The position numbers and the translations under genes are program-made. A DNA stretch of 64,000 bases from Mobula hypostoma (taxonomy: Eukaryota): contig NC_086108.1 of NCBI RefSeq assembly GCF_963921235.1, positions 108,936,001 through 109,000,000 on the forward strand, given 5' to 3'. Below, one piece after another: positions 49,798-64,000 of the stretch. Below the pieces are notes generated by a model. The model had not been told where the DNA came from and did no database searches. It saw nothing but the letters and a program-made list of their open reading frames with translations. Within the stretch, counting starts at the first letter, position 1. Every line of letters starts with the position of its first letter.

Positions 49798-52700
49798 ATG
49801 CAGGAACAGTTAGAACCGAAGCAACTGGTGATTGCAGAATGCTTTAGGTTTCGTAAGCGGAATCAAAAGAAAGGGAAGTCCATTTCAGTGTATGAGGCTG
49901 AATTTAAGACATTGTCTGAGGATTGTCAGTTCAGTGATTGGCTTAATGGTGCATAGAGAGGTCTTTCAGTTTGTGGAATCTTACAAGAAATCATTCAAGC
50001 GCGGCTCCTAACTGAAGCGCAACTCTCATTTAAAAGAGCAGTTGAAATTGCTGTATCAAAGGAAACAGCAGGCAGACATGCAATTGCGTTGCAGCCAGCA
50101 ATGAAACTAAACGTGTACAAAATTCCAGTTGGCTAAACAGAAACCTGCCTGACAGAACAAATTGTGTTACCATTGTGGCAGGGGCTCGCATACACCAGAC
50201 CATTGCATGTTTAAAGGTGAAACTTGCAGAAAATGCAAAAAAAAGTAGCGCATGTATAAAGAGCAAAAATGAATGGATTTCACAGGATAGAGAAAAAGTT
50301 GAAAAGTCAAACTTGCCATTTCAAAAAGAGCACTGACCTGCACACTGTTGATGAAAAATCTGATAATGTTGAGAGTGATGCAGGATTGTGTAGCCTTAAG
50401 ATTTACATTGTGAAACTAATAATAGACAAGCAATGTAGTTTATACCAGAAGTGAAGGGCAAATTAAATAATTAAAATGTAATTGGATACTGGCTCAGCTG
50501 TTTCAGTCATTTCACAAAATGAGTTTGAATGGCATTTCAAAGTTACTGAACTGAAGGCTGCAGATATCCAACTAGGAACTTATATTGGAGAAAAGATAAC
50601 TCCTGTGGGAATGAAATTTGTCACAGTGAAATACATAGAAACATAGAAAACCCACAGCACAATACAGGCCTTTCAGCCCACAAAGTTGTGCCGAACATGA
50701 CCCTACCATAGAAATTACTGGGGTTACCCATAGCCCTCTACAACAAACAACAGGCCACATTGCGCTTGTATGTGGTAAAAACAGGAAGACTAGCATTGTG
50801 GGATCGTGATTGGCTGAGACAACTACAACTCGATTGGAGATCCATCCACCAATTGCATGACACATCCCCGCAACAGAGTCAACCGAAAGTGAATTAAGAA
50901 AGATACTGGATGATGCCATAACAGTGTTCAAGGATGGCATTAGAAAACTCAATCATACCAAGGGTAAATGAAAATGCCACACCCAAGTTCTAAAAAGCCC
51001 ATCCAGTTCCTTATACCATCTGTGATAATGTACACAGTGAACTGGATTGTATGGAGAAAAACACTTCAGCAAAGTGGACTTAGCTGAGGCCTGCTTACAG
51101 ATGGAGATGGAAGAAGACTCCAAACTGTTTCTCACCATACTCAGTGTGACCTGGATGACATCATTGTTACTGGTAAGGATGACAAAAAAAATCTCAAAGA
51201 TCTTAAAACAGCATTAAGAAGATTAGAAGATTACGGGCTCAGAGCACAACTCAAAAGTATGAACTTTTTAAACCAAGCATCACTTACCGTGGTCACACCG
51301 TTGACGCACGGGAATTACATGTGTGCTGAGAAAAGTCAAGCAGTGGTGGATGCCCCAAGGCCAAAAGATCTGTTACAGTTATAGTCCTTTTTAAGATTTG
51401 TCAATATACTATAATAGGTTCCTGGCTACTGTGCTCCACCCTTGTACTCATTACTACAGATCGGGAAGAAATGGCAATAGACAAAACAGTGTTTAAAAAT
51501 GTAAAGGTGATGATGTTAGACACTACTCACACACCATTCAGTGAGGCTTCCCTGTGATGCCTCATCTTATGGTATAGGTGCAGCCTTGTCAATGTTATGG
51601 GTGATGGAAGTGAATGCGCCATCGCCTTTGCATTACATGTGATATCATTCTGGAGGAACGTTGTATCATTTTTTAATGCATACATTTCTAAATGACAATA
51701 AACGAAGACCGAGTGTCCTCAAAATCTAAATACAGCTACAGAGAAAAATTATGCACTGATTGACAGAGAGGCCTTGAGTCTGGTTCAGAGTGTAAAATCT
51801 TCAGACCAGTTCTTATATAAGCGAGAGTTTACCCTCATTACTGATCATCAACCACTAATGTCCATTTTCAATCCATTGAAGGCTGTTCCATAAATAGCAG
51901 CAGCACGAATGCAGAAATGGGTTCCGTTTCTTAGAGAACAAAATTATAATACTGAATTTAAGAGGATGACTAATCATGAAAGATGGATTGCCCGTTGACC
52001 CTTTGTAAAGGAAGTACCTGAAAGGTTTACAGAAGAGGATGCTCCTCTTGATATATTCTCCCTAATTCAAATCGAAAGTCACCCTATTGCACCCTACCAG
52101 TAACAATGGTGTCATCCAGGTCACACCGAGAATGGTGAGAAACAATTTGGAGTCTCCTTCCATCTCCATCTGTAAGTAGGCCTCAGCTAAGTCCACTTTG
52201 CTGAAGTGTTTTTCTCCATACAATCCAGTTCACTGGGTACATTATCACAGATGGTATAAGGAACTGGATGGGCTTTTTAGAACTTGGGTGTGGCATTTTT
52301 GGGTGTGATCCAAAGGGAAACCAGAAAAGATCCCTCAGTGTCTCAAGTCCACATTGCGATCCAAAATGGTCAGAACCTGCAGCTGAAACTTCAGTTTCCC
52401 TACCTTTACCTATGCCAGGATGAGTTTGCCCTTGACAAAGTTACCTTATGTAGGGATTGGTAGGTTGTTGTACCATTCAAGCTGAGAGCTAAAGTGTTGG
52501 AGGAGCTACATGCGGGTCATCTCAACTTGATCAAAATGAAAGTATTGGCTCGAAGCTATGTCTGGTGGCCTGGGACAGATCAGCAGATCAAGCAGGTTGC
52601 CATGCACATTTCGGGGTGCCAACGCGTCCACAAGAAGCCAAGAGCAATGCCTCTCCATCCCTGGGAGTGGCCTGCATTGCTCCGGCAGAGGATTCAAGTG

Positions 52701-53180
52701 GATTTTGCTGAACCATTCATGGGCACAAATGTCTTAGTAGCAATGGATGCAGTTGCTACATGGCCAGAAGTGTTCCTAATAGCTTCCACGATGTGTTAAG
52801 AAGCTTCTTCTCAAGGATTGGTGGTCCAGAACACTGAGTCGGTTTGTTGTGGAACTGTTTCAGTCATTCCTGAAAATGAATGGAATAAGGTATATTATAT
52901 CTGCACTGTGAGACCCAGCTACAAGAGGCTTTGCAGAAAACTTTGTCTCAAATCTAAAGAATGCACTGCAAGCAATGTCAAAAGAGTACACTACACTGAC
53001 ACTGAATCAGAAGCTCACCAATTTCCTCCTTGCATATCGCAATGCAGCACACTCCACAAGCAACATCTCACCAGCTGTGGTGTTCCTGGTTCAGCCCTTT
53101 CATTCACACTCGGTTCTCCTCAAACCCGAACTCAGAAGGAGTGTGCAGGTCAAAGTGAGGGGTCCTCAAGCAAGGAGTTT
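49798..53180 (+). mobile_element. Gypsy (Mag-like) LTR retrotransposon internal remnant: gag, PR, RT, RNase H, IN
   Basis: IAECFRFRKRNQ (gag), CYHCG..H..C knuckle, LDTGSAVSVI, FSKVDL..LDDIIVTG, CDASSYGIGA, LHAGH..KMKVLARSYVWWPG..LHPWEWP..RIQVDFA. The domain order is Gypsy-type; many stops and deletions. Confidence 0.9.
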
Positions 53181-53706
53181 CAAAGGTTCATTTATTATCA
53201 ACGTCTACAACTCTGAAGTTCTTAGATTCTCCAGGTAGCCATGAAAGCAAGAAAGAAAACACAGGCAGCACGGTCATCAACCCCTACATCCCACCTCCCC
53301 ACACAAAAAAAATGAACAAAAATGGATCAGGCACATCAACCCCCAGATCCCTCCTCCCGCACAAAAAACACACAAGAAGATCGGGTGAAAAACACAGAAT
53401 ATAAAAATTATGTAAGATGGAAAAAAGTGTCTATAGTCCAAGTCCACATCAAAAATATAGAAAAACCCTAGGCAACACTCTCTGGGGGTAGAAGCAGGTT
53501 CTCCACTGTCCGCTACAGAGCAAACCATCAAAAGACAGGCAGTCGGCGCTCACCCTCTGCACTCACTTTTCTGCAGTATATAGTAGTTGTATGATATAGT
53601 ATACTGTATATATACATATATAAGATGACTAGTTAGCAATGTGTTACATATTTGAGTCGAGATGCATACTATATTCAGTTGGAGTTTATAGCCAATCAGG
53701 GAAGAG

Positions 53707-53951
53707 TGTTGTGTATTTAATATTTCAGTAGTATTTGAGTAATATTGTAAATATATTGTTTGATTAAGCATTTTTGGTTGTTTACATAATTCATTACAGT
53801 TCATATGTAAAAGTACGTCAATGCCATACGTCATTAAACCACCACGTCATAAATACGCCCATCACTAAAGTAAAAATCATACTAAGAAGTACATGTGTTA
53901 TCTCTGGTCTCCTGTGTGTTTTTTTTCAATCAATTTATGAAGATATAAAAC
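53707..53951 (+). mobile_element. Probable 3' LTR of the Gypsy remnant
   Basis: A purine tract agggaagag (53698-53706) lies directly before TGTTGTGT. The 3' end is uncertain and no 5' LTR is present to compare. Confidence 0.45.
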
Positions 53952-56387
53952 TTGACATCCCCCATCCACCCTCCTTCCCTTTCACCTGGTCTCGTCTAAA
54001 GACCTGCCAGCTTGTATTCCTGCCCCATCCTCCAACCTTCTTATTCTGGCTTCTTCCCCTTCCGATCCAGTCCTGATGAAGGGTCTTGACCTGAAACATT
54101 ATCTGATGGGCGTATACGAGATTATAAGAAACATATACCGAGCAGATAGCCAGAGACTTTTTCACAGGGTGAAACTGGCTAATGCAAGGGGGCATAATTT
54201 TAAGGTGATTGGAGGAAGATATAGGGGGATGTCAGAGGTAGGTATTTTACACATACGTTCCATATAGATTCATTGTTGTGCAGGACTTTAAAGGTATTTG
54301 CAGGCAACTGAAGAATAAAGTGTTAGAATTATAGAGAGAGCAATGGAGACAGACAATAAGGCACAAGTCCATGACGAGGTAGATTGTGAAGTCATGAGTC
54401 CATCCCATCATATTAGGGAACCATTTAATAGTCGTCTAACAGTGGGCCTAGAAGACATGAAGACATCCGTGAGCCTAGTGCTACATGCTTTCAGTCTTTT
54501 GTATCTTCTGCCAGATGGGAGGGTGGGGGCCGAGAGAGAATGCCCGGGGCGGTTGGGGTCTTTGATTAGGCTGGCTGCTTTACCGAGGCAGCAAGAAGTG
54601 TAGGCAGAGTCTATAAGTGGTTTCTGTGATGTGCTGAGCTGTGCCCACTACTCTCTGCAGACTTTTGTGGTCACAGACAGAGCACTTGCCACACCAGGAT
54701 GTGATGCATCCAGACAGAATGCTTTCTTCGGAGCATTGATAAAAACTGGTGAAGGTCAAAGGGGATGTGTCAAATTCCTTCACCCTCCTGCGAACGCACT
54801 TGCATGAGTTTTCTTGTCTTTGACATCAATGTATCTGAGCCTGGACAGGCTATTGATGATGTTCACTCCTCGGAATTTGAATCTCTCAATCCTCTCAACC
54901 AAAAGACAAAATAGTCAAAGTCGAGTTTATTGTCAGATGCACAAGTCTATATACGGTACTGTGCAAAAGAGTTAGGCACATATACAGTACATAGCTAGGA
55001 TGCCCTAATGCTTTTGCACAGCAGTGTATTTGTCAACGTGGAGCACAGTGCGACTTTGTAAATCTGGTGGGAGCAAAGGACATTGGGAATGGTGAGGGTG
55101 GAGTGCGGCGGGAGGAGTTTGGGACAGGTTGCAGAGAAGGAGTGCCGGGGTGGACACACCACCCAGTCCTGAGACATCAGACAAGGTAATTTGATTCCAA
55201 ATTATTGGTTTATTGATCATTACAGAACATCTCTCTGGCACAGAAGGGTAGAATTACTTCGCAGTACCTCAGTTTGCACTACTAAACTTTGCACTATTCC
55301 ATTGCTTTACACTCATTGCTGTACTTATTAATATAATTGTTATTACTCATGCACACTGCATAACCAGAAAGCTTCATACAAGCAAAGTATTTCATTGCAC
55401 GGTGGTGGGCATGACAATACAGCATCAGTGATGGGGAACAGTTCCCACCACTCTCTGTATGCTCTCCCTGTTAACTGTGTGTGTTTCCTCCAGGTGCCCT
55501 GGTTTGTCAGCAGAGTTTCAGATGGTTTCAGGGAGGCATACAGGAGTGACATAGATCAGCTGGTTGAGTGGTGCCGTGACAGCAACCTTGCACTCTATGT
55601 CATTAAGACCAACAAATTGATTGTGGACTTCAGGAAGGGGAAGTCAGGAGAGCACATACCAATCCTCATCAAGAAGTCAGCAGTGAAAAGAGTGTCAATA
55701 TTGTAGAACATTTATCCTGACTTCCTCAAGCATTCATGAACACTGAAATGTGCTGTGTACATGGTTACAGAGTCCTTTACCTGAAAATTGCAAGAGTCTG
55801 GCCTTATTCTACTGGAGGTGTGATTCTCTTCCTAACAGTAGTCTACTAAGGACAGCTCTGAGCAGTAGCTTGCATGGTAGAAATTGTGCCTTACAGGCTC
55901 CAAACTAGTAGAGAGTTAAATTATTTGTTTAATTAGGCATAAGTCATCCAAAGTCCAAAACAACTGATTATCTCATCAGGCTGATGAACTGTGCAGTGCA
56001 TCTGCCTTATGCTAAGTACTATTAGAACGGTAGTATCGTTTCACGGAAATAAAATGGGGTGTGCGTTGAAGAGAGTAACACTGAAGTCAAAAGAGAGGTC
56101 ATTTGGAACAACTGTGGCAATGGAATTTAACAGTGCTTCTGAGATGAGGAGGAATTTCTGTAGTCAGAGAGTGGTGAATCTGTGGAATTCGTTGCCACAG
56201 GTGGCTGTGGAGACCAAGTTATCGGGTATATTTATGGGAGACGTTGATAGAATCTTGATTAGTCAGGCTATGAAGGGATATGGAGAGAAGGCAGGAGATT
56301 GGACATGAGAGGAAAATGGAACAGCCATGATGAAATGGCAGAACAGACCCGATAGGCCAAATGCCCTAATTCTGCCTAATGTATTTA

Positions 56388-57072
56388 TTTTAGATTATGA
56401 GAACACTCAGTCCTCTTTTATTGTCATTTAGAAATGCATACAGGCATTAAGAAATGATACAATGTTTCTCCAGAGTGATATCACAGAAAACAGGACGAAC
56501 CAAGAGACTAACACTGACAGAACCACATAATTATAACATATAGTTACAGCAGTGCAAAGCAATACCATAATTTGATGAAGAACAAACCATGGGCACGGTA
56601 AATAAAGTCTCACAAGTCCCTGAGTCGATCGACTTCTGAGTCCCCGATAGCAGGTGGCAAAAGGGAGAAACTCCCTGCCATAAACCTCCAGGCACCGTCA
56701 CCTTGCTGATGCCTTGGAAGCAGCCGACCACAGCGGACACTGAGTCCATCCATCCGAAAACTTCGAGCTTCCGACCAGCCTCTCTGATACAGCCTCCCGA
56801 GCGCCATCCTCTGCCGAGCACCTTCGACCTCGCCCCGGCCGCTGAAACACACAAAGCCGAGGATTTCGGGGCCTTCTGCTCCAGAGATTCCGGTTACCAT
56901 ACAGTAGCAGCGGCAGTGAAGCGGGCATTTCAGAAGTTTTCCAGATGTTCCTCCGTACTCTCACGTCCGTCTCCACCAAATTAGAATTGTGCACGGTCCC
57001 CTACTTGACAGATAACAGACATCACCACCGAAGTGGCTGCGTGCGCTGTCCTCGCGTCACCATCTCCTCCTC
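56388..57072 (-). mobile_element. Non-coding interspersed element, relative of 9056-9645
   Basis: Shared ends and colinear blocks (ccgaaaacttcgagc, gggcatttcagaa, agaattgt..cacgg); CpG-rich. Confidence 0.65.
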
Positions 57073-57321
57073 CTAGCTACATGGCTACCTAGCTACCTCC
57101 TATATGGTTTTATAATTGGGTTTGGAATTGGATTATTATTGTTACATGTAGTAATACGATCACTAAAGTCGAATATGATGTTCTCCTAAGCAGTTGTCTA
57201 TGGATGTAGGGTGGAATCTCTTAATGGAGCACGTCTGTGCATGACTTTGTTTAATGTGGGGAGACTGATGCATGGGCAGCCATCATGCAGTACTTGACAG
57301 ATCAGGGTCAGGATCCAGTGA

Positions 57322-58738
57322 ACATAGAACATAGAATAGTACAGCACAGTACAGGCCCTTCGGCCCACCATGTTGTGCCGACCCTCAAACTCTGCCTCCC
57401 ATATAAGCCCCCACCTTAGATTCCTCCATATACCTGTCTAGTCGTCTCTTAAATTTCACTAGTGTATCTGCCTCCACCACTGACTCAGGCAGTGCATTCC
57501 ACGCACCAACCACTCTCTGAGTGAAAAACCTTCATCTAATATCCCCCTTGAACTTCCCACCCCTTACCTTAAAGCCATGTCCTCTTGTATTGAGCAGTGG
57601 TGCCCTGGGGAAGAGGCGCTGGCTGTTCACTCTTTCTATTCCTCTTATTATCTTGTACACCTCTGTCATGTCTCCTCCCATCCTCCTTCTCTCCAAAGAG
57701 TAAAGCCCTAGCTCCCTTAATCTCTGATCATAATGCATACTTTCTAAACCAGGCAGCATCCTGGTAAATCTCCTCTGTACCCTGTCCAATGCTTCCACAT
57801 CCTTCCTATAGTGAGGTGACCAGAACTGGACACAATACTCCAAGTGTGGCCTAACCAGAGTTTTATAGAGCTGCATCATTACATTGCGACTCTTAAACTC
57901 TATTCCTCGACTTATGAAAGCTAACACCCCATAAGCTTTCTTAACTACCCTATCCACCTGTGAGGCAACTTTCAGGGATCTGTGGACATGTACCCCAAGA
58001 TCCCTCTGCTCCTCCACACTACCAAGTATCCTGCCATTTACTTTGTACTCTGCCTTGGAGTTTGTCCTTCCAAAGTGTACCACCTCACACTTCTCCAGGT
58101 TGAACTCCATCTGCCACTTTCAGCCCACTCCTGCATCCTATCAATGTCTCTGCAATCTTTGACAATCCTTTACACTATCTACACCACCACCAACCTTTGT
58201 GTCGTCTGCAAACTTGCCAACCCACCCTTCTACCCCCACATCCAGGTCGTTAACAAAAATCACGAAAAGTAGAGGTCCCAGAACCGATCCTTGTGGGACA
58301 CCACTAGTCACAATCCTCCAATCTGAATGTACTCCCTCCACCACCACCCTCTGCCTTCTGCAGGCAAGCCAATTCTGAATCCACCTGGCCAAACTTCCCT
58401 GGATCCCATGCCTTCTAACTTTCTGAATAAGCCTACCGTGTGGAACCTTGTCAAATGCCTTACTAAAATCCATATAGATCACATCCACTGCACTACCCTC
58501 ATCTATATGCCTGGTCACCTCCTCAAAGAACTCTATCAGGCTTGTTAGACACGATCTGCCCTTCTCAAAGCCATGCTGACTGTCCCTGATCAGACCATGA
58601 TTCTTTAAATGCCTATATATCCTATCTCTAAGAATCTTTTCCAACAGCTTTCCCACCACAGACTTAAGGCTTACAGGTCTATAATTACCCGGACTATCCC
58701 TACTACCTTTTTTGAACAAGTGAACAACATTCGCCTCC
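57322..58738 (-). mobile_element. CR1 LINE, 5'-truncated, one frameshift region
   Basis: ORFs 58141-58791 and 57532-58110 carry RT motifs; (TTCTATG)n tail. Confidence 0.92.
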
Positions 58739-59361
58739 CTCAAGACAGCTATGGACCCTTCACTGCTGCAGCCTTCCTCTGCCTTCAGCATGATGGGTCA
58801 TCATCTTCTGCCAGCTCCATCATTGAGGTCTTGATTGGATCACTCTTTGTTTGGAGCCTTCATGTGTGACTCTACCAGGAGCTAAGCATCAAACAGCTAA
58901 ACAAATGGTATCACTCTCAGGATCTCAGGAAATCATAGTCCATCTACCACAACACAGCGACATACCGAGATAGTGAAAAGATTCTGTTTTGCATGCCATT
59001 CCAGCAGATTACTGCATTGAGGCAGTACAAAAGGGGTTAAAAACAGAATGCAGAACATAGTGGAACAGCTACAGAGAAAGTGCAGAGTCTTCAACATCTG
59101 TTGTTAGATTTCAACCTCTCTTGGATAAATTTATGGCACAAATCCATGCAAGTCCTAAAGACTTCAAAAAGAGGTTATCTGGTCAGTATAATTGGTAATT
59201 GGATTATTGTTACCCTGTGTACTCTGGGGCTGTGCTCAATGGAGTCCAGAAGAATAAGGAGGAATCCTCATTGAAATCTACTGGTTAGTGAAAAGCCAGC
59301 ATGGCGGTAATGTTTCCATTAGTGGGAGAGTCTGATCTGAGGGAACAGCTTCAGAATAAAG

Positions 59362-59441
59362 CAGGAGTTCACAACCTGGGATCCACGGATCCCTTGCTTA
59401 ATGGTATTGGTCCATGGCATAAAAAAGGTTGGAAAACCCTG
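59362..59441. mobile_element. 80-bp hAT MITE
   Basis: Perfect 8-bp TSD gaataaag (59354-59361, 59442-59449); imperfect CAGG..CAACC TIRs; inserted in an old CR1 fragment. Confidence 0.88.
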
Positions 59442-61033
59442 GAATAAAGAGATTTTCCTTTAGAACTGAGATGAGGAGGAACTTCTTCAGCCAGACACTG
59501 GTGAATATGTGGAACACACTGCATAGAGGGTTGTGGAAGCCAAGTCATAAGACCATAAGATAAACTGTATGAACAAATTCCGACCATCCTTCTTCAGTCA
59601 GAGTGTGGTGAGAGTGTGGAACAAGCTGCTGGCACAAGTGGTGCATGCAAGCTCGATTTCAATGTTTAAGAGAAATTTGGAGAACTGCATGGATGGTAGG
59701 GGTATAGAGGGTTATGGACTCGAGGCAGGTCAATGGGAGAAGGCAGTTTAAATATTTCAGCATGGACTTGATGGGCTGAATAGCATCTTTCTATGCTGTA
59801 CTTTTTAATGACTCTCTGACTCCAGACAAATGCTGATACTGAATTTGTCTTCCTTACCATCGACTCAACCTGCAAGTCAATCTGTACGACTCATGCATGA
59901 GGACTTACAAGTAAGTCCTTAAAGGATTTGAAGGAGATGTCCACTGGCTAGTGAGTTGTAGCTCTCCGATTTAGAACAAGGAATCAGTAAGTTAGAAGAA
60001 ACCTCTAAGCTGGAAAGATTCCAAATCTTTGGAATTCACTACCAGAGAGGATCGGGGATTATCATTATGTATATCCAAGGCAGCAGTCAATAGATTTTTA
60101 TGTACAAAGGGATAAAGGGATAAAGGGAGTGTGTGGGAAGTTTGAACTGAGATCTAACACCCTGATCCCATTCCCATTTATTAGATTTTGTTATAGAGTC
60201 TTGGTTAAAATCTACTAATTCCTAGACAGGGATATGATCAAATGTGAGTAGCTAATTCTCTTTGGGCAGAATTAAATACGAGTGCAAACTTGAAGACCAG
60301 AAATCCATAAGAAGTGAAAATTTGGTTGGCAAAGCATTGACCATGTTGAAAAAAAATCCTCAGAGTTTACTTAAAATTACATTCTTCTCTCCTCTTTCCC
60401 ACTGCAAACGAGCACGAATAGCAAATGATGAGTTCAAGCAGGAGGACTGTACCACATGGGATCAATTATTGACAGATAGCTCCGTGATCAGAAGATCTCA
60501 CACTTCGTTTGAGACTCTGCTGCTCCTCAGCCCTACAGCAACGTGAGTGCTCTGTAAAAGACTTTTGAAACGATTCGCAAACTCGTGCTAACAGGGCTAC
60601 CCTAACTGATTTCCTCGGGGGTCCCCTTGATCATCGACACTGGTCGCTTCATGCCTTCAGTCACCTGAAAGCTTCAGCCTCGTAGCATGGAAGGAGGCTG
60701 TTCTAGCCTGTCGAGTCCGTACCTGCATTGTGTAAGAGGAACCCAGTCTCATTCCATCAGTAGAGATAGGGTAAATGCAAGCAGGTTTTTTCCACTGAGG
60801 TTGGATGAGACTAGAACTAGACTGGTGCCACCACATCAATGGCACCAGCCTACCTGCTATCAAGGACGTATATACAGAAAGCTGATGGTAAAGAGTCAGT
60901 AACATCACGAAGGATCCCACCCACCCTGCTCATGGGCTGTTTGTCCTGCTCCTATCAGGGAGGAAACTACGTAGCATCCACGTCAGGACCTCCAGACTCA
61001 ACCTTTCACATGCAGAAAGGCTGATCAACACCT

Positions 61034-61262
61034 TGAAGCACCTTCAATTACTCCAAAAGACTGAGGTTTGGTAAAATACTGAAAGGCTTTTATTCGCTGT
61101 ACAATACGACCTCCACAGTGAGTGTCTGCCCCCGGACTGAGGGGAAGGGGCAAGGCGTACACCTTTATACAGGACTCTGTGGGAGGAGCCACAGGGCCAG
61201 TCAGCAGAGGGGTGTGTCCAGACAGGTAACCGAGTTACAACATATATACATGGTTTACCACA
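61034..61262 (-). mobile_element. Solo LTR (229 bp)
   Basis: TG...CA ends, a perfect 5-bp TSD cacct (61029-61033, 61263-61267), and minus-strand TATAAA followed by AATAAA. Inserted in a Rex1-like 3' end. Confidence 0.85.
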
Positions 61263-62597
61263 CACCTCCACCCACTAACCCACCCCTCCACACCCCCAAC
61301 CACCACTACTTTATCATTTCCTGTCAGAGTCACCTTATGTACAGACACTCCTGTGCCTAGTGTCTGTTTATTGATATACAGTTTATCTGCTGTATGTACA
61401 TGAAGTATTTTATGTACAGTATTTATTTTTTTTGTGTATTTTATTACTGTCTGCTTTATCTTATTGTGTGTTTCTTATACTGCATCAGGTCTGTAGTGAC
61501 AATTACTTCATTCTCCTTTACACTTGTGTCCTGGAAATTATATTAAGCAGGCTTGAACTTCTATTGTATTTCATTGTTCTATTGTGAATGCCCGTAAGAA
61601 AATGAGTATAGGGATTTACTTTGAACTTTGAGGTCATAGATTAATGGTGTAAGGTTAGGGTTATATAGGTAAGGTGAAGTATTTAAGGGGAGGTTCATTC
61701 AGAGGGTGGCGAGAATGTGGGGCAAGCTACCGAGGAAGTGGTGAACGCGGGTTTGGTTGCAACATTTCAGAGAAGTTTGGACAAGTACATGGATGGGAAA
61801 GGTAGGGAAGGCTATAGTCTGGGTGCAGGTCAATGGGACTAGGCAGAGTAACAGTTCGGCATAAATTAGATAGGCAAAAGGGCCTTTCTGTGTTGTAGCA
61901 TTGTGGTGCAGGATGCCCACCTCTCTCTCCTTGCGATGTACCCATTTCCTCCTACACCCACCCCAACCTCCCTTGCCCTTTTTCTTTCCTCTCTCCCACC
62001 CACTCCATCCGGCCATCTCCCACACACTCCCCACTGTCCCCCATCTGCCTTCCACACCCTCCTTATTTGGTTCCATTTTTCACCTCCTTCTCCCACCAGA
62101 CTTTCTCAACATCAGCCTTTTGTCACCTCCATCTATTCTCTCCCAACCTCTGCCACTATGTCCACTCTCCCCTTCTCTATCTGCCAAATTCCCCCCCTCA
62201 CTTGTACCCATCCATCACTTGCCAGCTCTTGACCCACTCCTTCCACTCACCTCACTATACAGACACAAAAGATTCTGCAGATGCTGAAAGTTCAGAGCAA
62301 CACATACAAAATGCTGGACAAATTCAGCAAGTTAGGAAGCATCTATGAGGTCTATGTTTCAGGCTGAGTCCGAATGAAGGCTCTCGGCCTGAAACATCAA
62401 CCTCCAAAGATGCCGCCTGACCCGCTGAGTTCCTCCAGCACTTTGTGTACAGGCACTCTCCCCTCTACCTTTCAGTTCAGATTCTGACTAACCTGCTGAG
62501 TTCCTCCAATACTTCATCTGTTGCGTCATTTGTAACATTGGCTCATATATTTAGAATAGACTAGTATTACACAGGTTTAATATTCCTCTGTTTGTAT

Positions 62598-62905
62598 TAT
62601 CTCTCATCCCACCTCTCTCTCTTGCTCTCTCTCCCTCTTTCTCCCCTTCTCTCTCTCTCTGTTCCTCTCTTGATCTCTCTTTCTTTCTTTCTCTCTTTCC
62701 TTCTCCCTCTCTCTCTCTTTCTCTCTCACTCCTTCTCCATCTCTCTCTCTTTCTCTCTCACTCCTTCTCCATCTCTCTCTCTATCCTTCTCTCCCTTTCT
62801 CTCTTTCTCTTGCTCACTCACTCTCTCTCTTTCCCTCTCGTCCTGTCTTTCTCCATCTCTCTTTTTCTCTCCCTCTCTCTCGCTCTCCTCTTTCCCTCTC
62901 TGCCT
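62598..62905. repeat. Degenerate (CT)n homopyrimidine tract, about 300 bp
   Basis: Almost exclusively C/T on the + strand. Confidence 0.95.
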
Positions 62906-64000
62906 TTGTTAACCTATCAACATTTAACTTCATCATCTTATCACCATGGCAACACCCAGATTCACTCTTTAAAGAGGTGTTTCCTTATTAATCCCTTCAC
63001 CACCTTCTCTTCAATTTTAAACAAATCATCTTCTTCCCCTTTCCCAGTTTTGATGAAGGGTCTTCACCCCGAAACATTGACTGTGTTCTTCTCTCCACAG
63101 AGGCTGCCTGAACTGCTAAGTGTTTCCAGCATTTCCATTTTTACATCAGATTTCTATCATCTGCAGTTTTTTGTGGATTTTCATTCGTCCCAAGCCCCCC
63201 TTTCCTCTCCTTGCAATGCAGTATTTTCTTTTCACTTCAGATTCAAATCCAGCATTGAATAATAGTGACATTTTATCAAGTAAATCAAATCTTTATTTAA
63301 CTCCGATAATTCAAACTGCTCCCAGATTGAGACTCTGGCTTCCTTTGCAATTATTCTTCAAAGTCAGACAGTTCCTTCTTCTTTTCTGACTTACTGATTC
63401 ATTTTGTGCCCAAACCTGTGTGTTTTACACCTCAATTTCAAGCTCAGTCAGTTCTGTCTTGGACATGAACTTCCCCATCATAGAGGACACCTTCAAAAGG
63501 CAATGCCTCAAAAAGGCAGCATTCATCATTGAGGACCCCCATCACCCAGGACATGCCCTCTTCTCAAAGTTCAAATTTTAAAGTACATTTATTATCAAAG
63601 TATGTATACATTATACAGCCTTGAGATTTGTCTCTTTACAGGCAGTCACAAAACAAAGAAATCGAGAAGAACTCATTAAAAAAAGTTACTGTCAAACATC
63701 CAATGTGTGACAGAAAAATAAACAAATCAAGTAAACGATAAACACAAGTAAATAGTGTTCTGAACTGAAGTCCACAAAGACCCTTAGCTCAGTGCAGAAT
63801 GGAGCAGCAAGCTGAACCAACCTGTTCCTTGCCTCGGGCCCCGACACCCTGACCTCTTCAATCTGTCCCGGCACCCAAATCGTCACCCCAACAACTTGAT
63901 TCTCATTGCTACCATCAGAGAGCAGCTCCAGGATGCTGAAGACACACCCTCAGTGTCTTAGAAAAGACTTCTTCCCCTCCACCCTCTGATTTCTTTGCTC

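Noticed and set aside
60422..60542. Possible plus-strand exon ending at AAC/gtgagt
   Set aside because: The donor is good but the acceptor is ambiguous and the translation is unrecognised; it needs RNA-seq.
62592..63262. Leu/Ser-rich ORFs
   Set aside because: They are translations of the (CT)n tract and an adjacent Penelope repeat.

Overview
Eukaryotic, repeat-saturated non-coding DNA. The repeat mix (many CR1 LINE subfamilies with short microsatellite tails, Rex1/Babar, RTE, Penelope, V-domain SINEs, Tc1/mariner and hAT MITEs, Gypsy remnants) resembles a cartilaginous-fish, probably ray, genome; this is inferred from repeat content only. No host protein-coding gene or exon could be supported, and every long ORF is retroelement-derived. 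Family names and the boundaries of old elements come from reading motifs by eye and are approximate. The most notable signals are five. (1) Two near-identical young CR1 copies in inverted orientation form a 2.2-kb-arm palindrome. (2) Six of their nine differences are A-to-G changes packed into 15 nt of one copy, which looks like ADAR RNA editing written back into the genome by retrotransposition. (3) Penelope terminal repeats carry minimal hammerhead-ribozyme motifs. (4) A diverged 8 x 44-bp array has no indels. (5) A deleted Gypsy element carries an internal inverted duplication.
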